Source: an uncultured delta proteobacterium (lineage in GTDB: Bacteria; Myxococcota; UBA727; VGSZ01). From it: a stretch of DNA of 64,000 nucleotides. The notes under the pieces are model-generated. The model ran no database searches, was not told the origin of the DNA, and saw only the letters and a list, made by a program, of their open reading frames with translations. The stretch spans positions 96,001-160,000 of the forward strand of contig CAVZJB010000004.1 of assembly GCA_963775425.1 (NCBI GenBank). The letters run 5' to 3'. The translations under genes and the position numbers were made by a program. Below are positions 22,376 through 33,371 of this stretch, piece by piece (position 1 is the first letter of the stretch; every line of letters starts with the position of its first letter).

Positions 22376-23521
22376 TCAGCGCCCCCGCGCCTGGCGGCCC
22401 GCGTTCGCCGGCGGCGGCGCTCCCCCGGCGGCGATGCCGTTTTGGATGAGCATCTGGCGGAACTCGTCGATCTCGGAGCAGCGCCCGAGCGCCTCGTCGA
22501 CGGAGATCATCTTTCGCTGCACCAGGCTCAACAGCGACTGGTTCAGCGTGAGCATGCCGTAGCGGTTCTGGCCGACCTGCATCTGCGAGTAGATCTGGTG
22601 GACCTTGTCTTCCCGGATGAGGTTCCGGATGGCCACGTTGGGGATCATGATCTCGAGCGCGAGCACGCGGCCGTTGCCGCCGAGCTTGGGGATGAGCTGC
22701 TGCGACAGCACGGCCTCGAGGACGAAGCTGAGGTTCGCGCGGATCTGCGCCTGCTGATACGGCGGGAAGACGTCGATGATGCGGTTGATGGTCTGCACGG
22801 CGCCGTTGGTGTGCAGCGTGGCGAACGCGAGGTGACCGGTCTCCGCGATGATCAGCGCCGCCTCGATGGTCTCGAGGTCGCGCATCTCGCCGATGAGCAC
22901 GACGTCGGGGTCCTGGCGCAGCACGTACTTGAGCGCCTTCTTGAAGTTGTCCGTGTCGGCACCGACCTCGCGCTGGTTGACGATGGAGCTCTTGTGCGGG
23001 TGCAGGTACTCGATGGGGTCTTCGATGGTGAGGATGTGGTAGTGGCCCTCCTGGTTGATCTTGTCGATGATCGACGCGAGCGTCGTCGACTTGCCCGACC
23101 CCGTGGGCCCCGTGCACAACACCAGTCCGCGCGGGCGATCGGCGATGTCGTTGACCACCGGCGGCAGCCCCAGCTCCTGGAACGTGAGGATCTTGAACGG
23201 GATGGTCCGGAACGCCGCGGCCACCGCGCCGCGCTGCATGAACAGGTTGGCGCGGAAGCGGGCCAGCGACTTCACGCCGAAGGAGAGGTCGAGCTCGTTT
23301 TCCTCCTCGAACTTGTGCTTCTGCGCGTCGGTGAGGATGGAGTAGCACAGCTGCTTGGTGTCCACCGGCGACAGCGGCGGCACCTTGAGCGGCACCAGGT
23401 CGCCGTCGATGCGCAACTGCGGCGGTGTGCCGGTGGTGATGTGGAGGTCGCTGGCCCCCTTTTCGATCATCGCCTTCAGCAACTGGTGCAGATTCACCGG
23501 GGGCGCGGGCTGGCTCATCAA
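22376..23521 (-). CDS. pilT: Type IV pilus retraction ATPase
   Basis: GASDLH, GPTGSGKSTT, TIEDPIE, LRQDPD, GEMRD, AETGH, AIRNLIRE. Confidence 0.97.
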   Translation of the reverse strand: MMSQPAPPVNLHQLLKAMIEKGASDLHITTGTPPQLRIDGDLVPLKVPPLSPVDTKQLCYSILTDAQKHKFEEENELDLSFGVKSLARFRANLFMQRGAVAAAFRTIPFKILTFQELGLPPVVNDIADRPRGLVLCTGPTGSGKSTTLASIIDKINQEGHYHILTIEDPIEYLHPHKSSIVNQREVGADTDNFKKALKYVLRQDPDVVLIGEMRDLETIEAALIIAETGHLAFATLHTNGAVQTINRIIDVFPPYQQAQIRANLSFVLEAVLSQQLIPKLGGNGRVLALEIMIPNVAIRNLIREDKVHQIYSQMQVGQNRYGMLTLNQSLLSLVQRKMISVDEALGRCSEIDEFRQMLIQNGIAAGGAPPPANAGRQARGR

Positions 23522-23582
23522 TGTCCTCTCACGTCGGCGCAGAGTGGCACGGGGGCGCGCTCGAAGTCACGCCGGCCCAGGG

Positions 23583-25307
<1,725 letters not shown>

Positions 25308-25360
25308 ACGGGGCTCCTTCAGACGTCTTTCGGTTCGGGCATCCTAGACCAGATCCTGCG

Positions 25361-25984
25361 TCACGTGCGGCGGCGGACCAGGAGGCGCGCACCGTACGCT
25401 CCCTCGTCACGCGCGACGTCGAGGCTCGGTGTGCGAGCAAGCGCTTCGGCGGCCGCGGGGTGCGCGTGCGCCGGGTAGGTCCACGCCGGAACCCACACGC
25501 GGTCGCGGCGACGTTTGAGGTGCACGATCCCACGCTCCTTCGCGGGATCGAGGCGCGCCGCCGACGCGAACCCCGCGAGCGCGGCGCCGATGCGCTCCGG
25601 CAACAGCGCGGGGCCGCACGACGTGGGCACGCCGTCGAACCGGACGAGCAGCACCTGGCTGCCGAAGCCGCCGTCGAGGAAGGACACGGCGACGTCCGCG
25701 GCTCCCGCGCGAATGACGCCGGCCGCGGCCCGCGCCCGCAGGTGCGCTTCGAGCGGCGCGTGCACCTTGCGCGGCGGCGACATCACCTCGCGCCACGTGC
25801 CGTCGATGCGGTACCAGACCAGCAGCTCGCGCGGCCGCGGCTCGATGAGCGCCTCCGCCGCGTCCTGCAGACGCATGTCGGTGAGGATGAAGCCCACGAG
25901 CTCCGCCATCGGGCCGCGGCTCCGGCGCGGCCGCAGCCCGTCGCCGACGAGGTTCGGACGAACGAGGAGCTCACCACGGCGCAT
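25361..25984 (-). CDS. Truncated PilB-like protein (N-terminal motif plus N2 domain, no ATPase)
   Basis: Strong RBS AGGAGGT before the ATG; RRGELLVRPNL, LIEP...YRIDG...EVM.PP and VS...FG..V segments align with the adjacent PilB. Confidence 0.7.
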   Translation of the reverse strand: MRRGELLVRPNLVGDGLRPRRSRGPMAELVGFILTDMRLQDAAEALIEPRPRELLVWYRIDGTWREVMSPPRKVHAPLEAHLRARAAAGVIRAGAADVAVSFLDGGFGSQVLLVRFDGVPTSCGPALLPERIGAALAGFASAARLDPAKERGIVHLKRRRDRVWVPAWTYPAHAHPAAAEALARTPSLDVARDEGAYGARLLVRRRT

Positions 25985-26119
25985 GCTCACCTCCTGTGCG
26001 CTGACGCTAGCCCCTGTGACCGAGATCACGCGATGCCGGCTCAAAGAGAGACAAGACGCGCGAAGAAGCGTGATCGAACAAGCACTTGCGCGACGAGCCT
26101 CCGCGGCGGCGGGCGCGGC

Positions 26120-26944
26120 TCAGACCCGCGCGGCGAGCGCGCGGCGCATGGCGCCGGCGGCGGCGTCGGGGAGGGGCGCGTTCAAGAACAGCGACAGCGC
26201 GGCCTGCGCCTGCGCGAGCAGCATCAGGGTGCCATCGACGAACAGGTGCCCCGCGCCGAGCGCCGCGTCTCGGCTCGGCCGCGCGGCGGCCCCGTAGCGC
26301 AGCTCGTGCACCGCGCCCGGTCCGGCGAGCGCGCGCGCGATGGCGGCGGCGGGGTCGTCGAGGGCGGACGCCGCGAGGACGGCCACCGACGCGCCGCAGG
26401 GCTCGTCGGCGGCGATGCCCTCGAGGCCCAGCGACGCGGCGAGGGCAACGAGGCCGTTGGCCCGCGCCGCGGAGCGGGCGTGGACGACGACGCCGCGGGC
26501 GCCCGCTTGCTGTGCGGCGACGACGACGGCGCGGGCCGCGCCGCCGGCGCCGACGACGGCGACGGTGCGCCCCTCGATGTGCAACGCCGATCGCTTCCAG
26601 GCGAACAGGAGGCCGCCGACGTCGGTGTTGGCGGCGAGCACGGCGTGACGGCGCGCGTCGTCGCCTTCGGCGAACACCACGGTGTTGACCGCGCCCGTCG
26701 CGCGCGCGTCGTCGTCGAGGACGGCGGCGAAGCGGGCGGCGGCGGCGACCTTGTACGGTGCGGTGACGTTGATGCCGCCGCAGCGGGCCTCGGCCTCGTC
26801 CAGGACGACCGCGAGCTCGTCGGCGGTGCACGGCTGCAGCAGGTAGCGCGGCGGCTCCCCCATGGCGGCGAGCGCGGCGTTGTGCATCGCGGGCGACGGC
26901 GAGCGCGCGATGTCGTCGCCGACGAGCCACAGCGGCGCGGTCAC
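26120..26944 (-). CDS. aroE: Shikimate dehydrogenase
   Basis: SPSPAMHN, NVTAPYK, GAVNT, NTDVGG, GAGGAARA, DGTLMLLAQA. Confidence 0.88.
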   Translation of the reverse strand: MTAPLWLVGDDIARSPSPAMHNAALAAMGEPPRYLLQPCTADELAVVLDEAEARCGGINVTAPYKVAAAARFAAVLDDDARATGAVNTVVFAEGDDARRHAVLAANTDVGGLLFAWKRSALHIEGRTVAVVGAGGAARAVVVAAQQAGARGVVVHARSAARANGLVALAASLGLEGIAADEPCGASVAVLAASALDDPAAAIARALAGPGAVHELRYGAAARPSRDAALGAGHLFVDGTLMLLAQAQAALSLFLNAPLPDAAAGAMRRALAARV

Positions 26945-27855
26945 GCAAGGGCCCGGCGCGCGTCGACGATGTCGCGCGCGATCTGCGCCTTCAGCGCGTC
27001 GATGCTCGGGAAGCGCATCTCATCGCGCACGCGCGCCACGACGTCGAGATGCAGGCGCGTGCCGTAGAGGTCGCCGTCGAAGCCGAGCAGGTGGGCCTCG
27101 ATGTGCACGCCGGTGACGCCGGCGAAGGTGGGGCGCAGGCCGATGTTCGTCACGCTGTCGAAGGTGCGCCCGTCGTGAACGACGGCCCGCGTGGCGTACA
27201 CCCCGAGGCGCGGCAACAGCTCGCGCGCGGTGCGCAGGTTGGCGGTGGGCACGCCGATGGTGCGGCCGCGGCTGTCGCCGTGCACCACCTCGCCCTCGAG
27301 CCAATAGGGCCGGCCGAGCAGGCGCGACGCCGCGTCCACCTTGCCCGCGAGCACCAGCTCGCGGATCTTGGACGAGCTGCACACGAGGTCGCCCTCGCGC
27401 ACCGGCGGCACCACCTCGACGACGGAGAGCGCCGCGCGCAAGACCTCGGCGGTGCCGGTGGCGCGGTGGCCGAAGCGGAACCCCTCGCCGACCACGGCAC
27501 CGGCGGCGCCGAGGTGCGAGACGAGGACGCCGTCGGTGAAGTCGTCGGCGGACATGGCCGCCAGCGCCGCGTCGAAGCGCAGCACCCGCAGGACGTCGAT
27601 GCCGGCGGCGGCGATGCCCTGCTCCTTCTCCTCCTCGGTGAGGATCAACTGCGGCGCGAGCGCGGGGTTCAAGACGCGCGCGGGGTGCGGCGAGAAGGTA
27701 AGCACCCCCGACATCGCGCCGCGCGCCGCGGCGACGTCGCGGGCGCGGGCGAAGAGCGCCTGGTGCCCGCGGTGCAGCCCGTCGAAGTTGCCGATGGCCC
27801 ACACCGCGCCGCGCGCGTCGTCGGGGAAGGCGTCCTCATCGCGGAAGGTGCGCAT
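26941..27855 (-). CDS. ribF: Bifunctional riboflavin kinase/FAD synthetase
   Basis: IGNFDGLHRGHQ, TFSPHP, SSSKIR, GRTIGVPTAN, NIGLRPTF, EAHLL. Confidence 0.95.
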   Translation of the reverse strand: MRTFRDEDAFPDDARGAVWAIGNFDGLHRGHQALFARARDVAAARGAMSGVLTFSPHPARVLNPALAPQLILTEEEKEQGIAAAGIDVLRVLRFDAALAAMSADDFTDGVLVSHLGAAGAVVGEGFRFGHRATGTAEVLRAALSVVEVVPPVREGDLVCSSSKIRELVLAGKVDAASRLLGRPYWLEGEVVHGDSRGRTIGVPTANLRTARELLPRLGVYATRAVVHDGRTFDSVTNIGLRPTFAGVTGVHIEAHLLGFDGDLYGTRLHLDVVARVRDEMRFPSIDALKAQIARDIVDARRALA

Positions 27856-27950
27856 GCGCTTGCGTAGCGGTCCACGGCAGCAAAGCAACCCCGGCCCCGC
27901 GGTGACGGGCGGGCGCCGGCGCGGGTGGGTTTCCGGCTACACTCCGCGCC

Positions 27951-28547
27951 ATGCGCACCCCGCTCCTCCTCGCCGCCCTCGCGCTCGCCGCGTGCGGCAC
28001 GCTGCAAAACGGCGCCGAGAGCATCCTCAAGCCGTCGATGGTCTCGCCGCAGTTCAAGGACCTCGACGCCCCCAAGAGGAACCCGTTCGCGCAGGCCCGC
28101 TCGCGCGTCCAGGTGCTGAAGGTGGGCATCCGCAACTACGACACGTTCTTCCAGGACTCCTCCGAGGTGAAGGGCACCGTGGTGCTCGCCGACGTCGTCC
28201 TCAACGAGTCGGACACGTTCATCGCCAACACCAAGAAGTCGGTGAAGCAAAAACGGGAGCTGTCTCCCGCGCAGCAGGCCGCGGTGAAGAAGGAGCAGCA
28301 GCGGGTGGCGGCGCTGCAACAGCTCCTCACGGGCCTGCCCGCGCGCTCGGGCAAGCTCATCGGCGACGGCAACGGCCTGAGCAAGAACGCGGCGAGGACG
28401 TTCGTGGGGCCGAACGCGCTCAAGCTCCCGGGCGTGGTCAAGGGGCTCGAGCAGTCGCTGGCCGACCTGCGCTCCGCCACCCAGAAGGCGCCCGGTCTCC
28501 TCTCTCACGCCGAACGGACCAGCGCGGCGCTCACGACGCTGCGCTGA
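27951..28547 (+). CDS. Hypothetical lipoprotein
   Basis: Signal peptide with lipobox LAAC; coding-like GC3 codon usage. Confidence 0.7.
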   Translation: MRTPLLLAALALAACGTLQNGAESILKPSMVSPQFKDLDAPKRNPFAQARSRVQVLKVGIRNYDTFFQDSSEVKGTVVLADVVLNESDTFIANTKKSVKQKRELSPAQQAAVKKEQQRVAALQQLLTGLPARSGKLIGDGNGLSKNAARTFVGPNALKLPGVVKGLEQSLADLRSATQKAPGLLSHAERTSAALTTLR

Positions 28548-28563
28548 GCGCCGCCGCGCCGGC

Positions 28564-30195
28564 TCACGCGCGCAGGCCGGGGGCCTCGTGCCCGCTGGCC
28601 GTGACGTACTCGGCGTAGCCGCCGGGGTAGGCGCGCGCGGCGCCGGCGCCGACCTCGAGCACGCGGTTCGAGAGCGCGGCGAGGAAGCGCCGGTCGTGGC
28701 TCACGAAGATCATCGCGCCCTCGAACGACTTGAGCGCCTCGACGAGCACGTCCTTGGTGCCGACATCGAGGTGGTTGGTGGGCTCGTCGAGCACCAACAG
28801 GTTCGGCGGATCGAAGAGCATGCGCGCGAGGACCAGGCGCGCCTTCTCACCCCCTGAGAGCACGCGGCAGGGCTTCTCCACGTCGTCACCGGAGAAGCCG
28901 AAGCTGCCGGCGAGCGTGCGGAGCGTGCCGATGGACGCCGTGGGGAAGGCCGCCTGGAGCGTCTCGAACACGGTGGCCTTCTCGTCGAGCAGCTCCATGG
29001 AGTGCTGCGCGAAGTAGCCGAGCTTCACGGAGGCGCCGACGACGACGCTGCCGCCGTCGGGCGCGGCGCCGCCGGCGATGAGCTTCAACAGCGTGGACTT
29101 GCCGGCGCCGTTTTCGCCCATCACGCACCAGCGCTCGCGGCGCCGCACGAGGAGGTCGAGCCCGTCATAGATGGTGCGCTCACCGTAGCGCTTCTCGAGC
29201 CCGGCGATCTTCACCACCTCCTCGCCGCTGCGCGGAGGCGACTTGAACTCGAAGCGCTGCGTGACCCGGCGGCGCGGCGGCGCGAGCTTCTCGATCTTGT
29301 CGAGCTTCTTGATGCGGCTCTGCACCTGGGCGGCGTGGCTCGCGCGCGCCTTGAAGCGCTCGATGAAGCGCTGCTCTTTCTCGAGCATCTTCTGCTGGCG
29401 CTCGAAGCTCGCCTGCTGCTCCCGCTCGCGCAGCGCGCGCTGCTGCTCGTAGAAGTCGACGTCACCGGAGTAGGTGGTGATGTCGCCGCCGTCGATCTCG
29501 AGCACCTTCTTGACCACGCGGTTCATGAACTCGCGATCGTGCGACGTCATCACGAGGGCGCCCTCGTAGCGCTGCAGGAACCCCTCGAGCCAGATGATGG
29601 ACTCGATGTCGAGGTGGTTGCTGGGCTCGTCGAGGAGCAGCATGTCGGGCGCCATGAGCAGGATGCGCGCGAGCGCGACGCGCATCTTCCAGCCGCCGGA
29701 GAGCTTGCCGACGTCGTCGTCGACCTGCTCCCCCGACAGGCCGAGCCCCGCGAGGATCTCCCGCGCCTTGCCCTCGAGCGCGTAGCCGCCGAGGGCGTCG
29801 AAGCGCGCCTGCACCTCGCCGAACCGGTCGACCGCCGCGGTCATGCGGTCCTCGTCGGCGAGGACGTCGGGGTCGGCGAGCTCGAGCTCGAGCCCCTTCA
29901 GCTCCGCCATGAGCTCGGCCGCGGGGCCGGCGCCGTCGAGGGTGGCGGCGAGCACGGTCTTTCCGACCAGCTCGCCCGTGTCCTGCGAGAAGTACCCGAC
30001 GCGCACGCCGCGCTCGACCGCGACCTGCCCCGCGTCCGGCTCCTCTTCGCCGGTGATGAGCCGGAACACCGTGGTCTTGCCGGCGCCGTTCGGGCCCACG
30101 AGCCCGATCTTCTCGCCGCGGTTCACCGTGGCCGACGCCTCCATGAAGAGGATCTGTCCGCCGTACTGCTTGCTGACGCCGTCGAGGGAAATCAC
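28564..30195 (-). CDS. ABC-F family ATPase
   Basis: Two NBDs (GPNGAGKT, LSGGWKMR, LLDEPSNHLD; GENGAGKST, LSGGEK, LDEPTNHLD), no TM segments. Confidence 0.93.
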   Translation of the reverse strand: MISLDGVSKQYGGQILFMEASATVNRGEKIGLVGPNGAGKTTVFRLITGEEEPDAGQVAVERGVRVGYFSQDTGELVGKTVLAATLDGAGPAAELMAELKGLELELADPDVLADEDRMTAAVDRFGEVQARFDALGGYALEGKAREILAGLGLSGEQVDDDVGKLSGGWKMRVALARILLMAPDMLLLDEPSNHLDIESIIWLEGFLQRYEGALVMTSHDREFMNRVVKKVLEIDGGDITTYSGDVDFYEQQRALREREQQASFERQQKMLEKEQRFIERFKARASHAAQVQSRIKKLDKIEKLAPPRRRVTQRFEFKSPPRSGEEVVKIAGLEKRYGERTIYDGLDLLVRRRERWCVMGENGAGKSTLLKLIAGGAAPDGGSVVVGASVKLGYFAQHSMELLDEKATVFETLQAAFPTASIGTLRTLAGSFGFSGDDVEKPCRVLSGGEKARLVLARMLFDPPNLLVLDEPTNHLDVGTKDVLVEALKSFEGAMIFVSHDRRFLAALSNRVLEVGAGAARAYPGGYAEYVTASGHEAPGLRA

Positions 30196-30318
30196 GCGTG
30201 CGTCCTATCATGTGGAGACCCGGTCGGGTGTCATGACTGTCCGGTCAACACACCGTGACCGGGGTACGGCGCCCGCGGCGCGGGGCGGCCGATATGCTGG
30301 TTTCCTCAGGAGGCAGCT

Positions 30319-31668
30319 TTGGTGCGCATCGGGCTCCGCAATCCAACGACGACGTCGCGCGGCGCCGTCACCGGCGAGAAGGTCGACGGCGGGCCGGTCA
30401 TCGACGAGCAGACGACGCCCGGCGGCCGGCCGGCGCCGCCGCCCACCCAGGAGCAGCCGGCCGCCACCGCGGTCACGCAGGAGTCGAAGGCCGCCGCGCA
30501 GGCGCGCTTCAAGAACGATCCGCGGGCGCGCTTCGTCGAGCACACGCTGCGCTCCGGCGAAGCCGACGTCGACAGGTCGAGCGCCACCGGCGCAGGCAAG
30601 GTGCCGGCGCCGCCGGCCGTGACGTACAAGACCGTCGCGGACGCCAAGGCCGCCATCGAGAAGAAGTACGGCGTCACCATCGACACGAGCGGGAAGCCGT
30701 GGACCGCCGAGGAGCTCACCCGCGTCGACGGCGCGTGGTCGAAGATGAGCGCGACGGATCGCGAGGCGCTGCGCGGCCTCACCGTCAAGCGCGCGGCGGA
30801 GGCGCCCGACGACCTGCAGGCCGCCGAGGGCACCGACGTCGTCGCCGGTGTCTACAACGGCAACGTCGAGACCACGAACGGCACCCGGGACCAAAGCGCG
30901 TCCATCACCTACTTCGACGCCGCGTTCCCGCCGGGCAACGGCGACGCGTCGCGACGCACCTCGGAGCACGTGATCCTGCATGAGGCCGGACACGCCGTGG
31001 AGGGGCGCAAGCTCGACGAGGCCGTCGCGGCGCACAACGCCGCCGTCGACGACGAGCAGCAGCCCTCGCGCGACCTGGACCACGCGTTGAAGGCGATGCG
31101 CGAGTCGTTCTACGACGTCGACCACGCCCGTCGCGGCCTGTCGCGCGCGCAGCAGGGCGAGGTGAACGACTTCTACCGCGCGCAACGCGACGTCGACGCC
31201 GCGTCCCACAAGATCAAGGGCGCCAAGGACGCCGCGGCGCTTGCCAAGGCGAACGCGCAGATGGACAGCGCGCTCGCGCGCCTCGACAAGGCCGCCGCCG
31301 GCGTCTCCTCCGACAACCCCGCCGCCGCCGCCATCGCGACGAGCGCTCAAGCCGTGCGGGGCTACGGCGCCGCGTGGGTGGCGTACGGCGGGCCCGCGCT
31401 CGACGAGCGCACGACGCAAAAGACGCAGAACGCCCTCGGCAAGGCGCACAAGGTCCGCGTCGACGGAAAGACCGTCACGCGCTTCACCAGCAACGAGCTC
31501 GCGAGCTTCGAGCGCGGCACCCGCGGTGACAAGGCCGTGTCCGCGTACGGGGCCACGGCACCCGCGGAGAACTACGCCGAGGCGCACGCGCTCTACCGGC
31601 GCGATCCGGCGTACCTGAAGAAGCACTTCCCGAAGACGTATGCATGGTTCGCCAAGCATCATCCGTAG
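30319..31668 (+). CDS. Hypothetical protein with zincin metallopeptidase motif
   Basis: VILHEAGHAVE and distal VSAYG...ENYAEA; RBS AGGAGG; disordered N-terminus. Confidence 0.65.
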   Translation: MVRIGLRNPTTTSRGAVTGEKVDGGPVIDEQTTPGGRPAPPPTQEQPAATAVTQESKAAAQARFKNDPRARFVEHTLRSGEADVDRSSATGAGKVPAPPAVTYKTVADAKAAIEKKYGVTIDTSGKPWTAEELTRVDGAWSKMSATDREALRGLTVKRAAEAPDDLQAAEGTDVVAGVYNGNVETTNGTRDQSASITYFDAAFPPGNGDASRRTSEHVILHEAGHAVEGRKLDEAVAAHNAAVDDEQQPSRDLDHALKAMRESFYDVDHARRGLSRAQQGEVNDFYRAQRDVDAASHKIKGAKDAAALAKANAQMDSALARLDKAAAGVSSDNPAAAAIATSAQAVRGYGAAWVAYGGPALDERTTQKTQNALGKAHKVRVDGKTVTRFTSNELASFERGTRGDKAVSAYGATAPAENYAEAHALYRRDPAYLKKHFPKTYAWFAKHHP

Positions 31669-32138
31669 CGCTCGTCGTCGTCGTCGCCGCCTGTGCTTCG
31701 GCGACCGGCCCGAGGGAGAGCACCATGACCGACGCAGCCGGCGCGCACGATGAGGAGGTCGGCCCTGCCCTGGGCCGGCCCGTGCTCCTCGCGGTGAAGC
31801 AGATCGTCGGGCCGCCGTCGATGCCGCTGCCCGAGGGTGAAGCCGACGGCCTCGAGGCGTTCGACGACGCGACGCGCGCGTACGACGACGGCCGCGACGT
31901 CGACGCCGCCCGCGGCTTCGTGCGCGCCGCCGCCGCGTTCGCCGCCGAGCGCCCCGCGCGCTACGCCGCAGCCATGGCCGAGCAGTCGGCGGTCGCGTAC
32001 GAAAACGCGGCCATCGCCTTCGGCGCCGCCGGCACCGCCGAGGCCCGCGACGAGGGCCGCGCCGCGCTCGCCGCGGCGAAGGCCGGAGACCCCGCGAACG
32101 CCGCGAAGCTCGACGCGCTCGTCGCGCAACTGCGGTGA
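31644..32138 (+). CDS. Hypothetical lipoprotein with helical/TPR-like body
   Basis: Hydrophobic stretch plus VAAC lipobox; overlaps the upstream gene. Confidence 0.55.
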   Translation: MVRQASSVALVVVVAACASATGPRESTMTDAAGAHDEEVGPALGRPVLLAVKQIVGPPSMPLPEGEADGLEAFDDATRAYDDGRDVDAARGFVRAAAAFAAERPARYAAAMAEQSAVAYENAAIAFGAAGTAEARDEGRAALAAAKAGDPANAAKLDALVAQLR

Positions 32139-32302
32139 AGCGACCCGTTGGGCCGTGAGCTGCGCCGCGCGGAGCGAGTGGCTCCGGTGTGAACGTCGAC
32201 CGCCGCCGTGTGAAGCGGACCGCGCCGCCGCGCGCCGGCGCGCCAGCGACCCTGGCCCGCGCCTTGCGTTCCAGCACATGAACGCTCGCGCTGGAGGGGT
32301 GC

Positions 32303-33274
32303 ATGCTCGTTGTCGTCGTCGCGGTCTCGGTTGCGTGCGCAGGAGCTTCGATGCCGGACGGCGCTGCGACGACGACGGCGATGACGGCGACGACGGCGAT
32401 GACGGCGACGGCGACGATGACGCCGACGACGACGACGGCGACGGCGCCCGCGACGGCGGCGACGGCGCCCGCTACGGCGGCGACGGCGCCTGTTGCGACG
32501 ACGCCTGCTGCGACGGCGCCTGCTGCGGCGACGACGGCGACGCCAGCGACGACGGCGACGCCAGCGACGACGGCGACGGCGCGTGCTGCGGCGACGCCAA
32601 CGACGACGGCGACGGCGACGGCTGCGGCGACGCCAGCGACGTCGGCGACGGCGCCCGCGACGGCGGCGACGGCGCCCGCGACGGCGGCGACGGCGCCCGC
32701 GACGGCGGCGACGGCGCCTGCTGCGGCGACGCCAGCGACGACGGCGACGCCAGCGACGACGGCGACGCCAGCGACGACGGCGACGCCAGCGACGACGCCG
32801 ACGCCAGCGACGACGGCGCCTGCTGCGGCTGCGACGACGACGACGGCTGCGCACGAGCCCGTGACGGTGGCGCAGAGCGTGCTTGCGGGCGCGGGCGCCG
32901 CGGTCGGTGTCGCCGTGGGCGAGGCCCTGGGCCTGGCCGCGTTCTACGCGCTGTCGTCCGGCATGTCGCCGATCCAGGGGTTCTTGTTCCTCCTCGTCGC
33001 CGGGCCGCCGGCGCTGACATTGCCCGCGCTCGCCCTCGGCACCGCGGGCGCGTCCCTCGGCGCCGCGATCGCCGGCTCGCAGGCGCCGGTCGCCGCGCTC
33101 GCGGCCGGCGCCGTGGGATCGATCGCCGGCGGCGTCGCCACAAGCGCCGGCCTCGCCGCGCTCATCGTCACGAGCTCGGGCTCCGAGACGTCGGTGGCCG
33201 CCGTGGTGGCCGTCGGCGCGGTGGTGGCCGGCGCCGTGACCGCGCTCGGCTTGCCCGTCGTGGCCGGCGACTGA
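32303..33274 (+). CDS. Membrane protein with Thr/Ala/Pro low-complexity stalk
   Basis: Signal-like N-terminus, ~160-aa TAPATAA/TATPAT repeats, several hydrophobic C-terminal helices. Confidence 0.6.
   Translation: MLVVVVAVSVACAGASMPDGAATTTAMTATTAMTATATMTPTTTTATAPATAATAPATAATAPVATTPAATAPAAATTATPATTATPATTATARAAATPTTTATATAAATPATSATAPATAATAPATAATAPATAATAPAAATPATTATPATTATPATTATPATTPTPATTAPAAAATTTTAAHEPVTVAQSVLAGAGAAVGVAVGEALGLAAFYALSSGMSPIQGFLFLLVAGPPALTLPALALGTAGASLGAAIAGSQAPVAALAAGAVGSIAGGVATSAGLAALIVTSSGSETSVAAVVAVGAVVAGAVTALGLPVVAGD
32366..32850 (+). repeat. Imperfect tandem repeats with 18-bp and 21-bp units (e.g. gacggcgacgccagcgac; gacggcgcccgcgacggcggc)
   Basis: Seen directly; encodes the TATPAT/TAPATAA stalk. 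Confidence 0.85.
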
Positions 33275-33371
33275 CCGCTCGTCGACGCGCGGCATCGGAT
33301 GAATGCCCTAGGACATGGGTTGTATCGGGGCGCCGTGCCGCTAGGGTCCGCGGCTTCCGCTCGAGGTGCCC

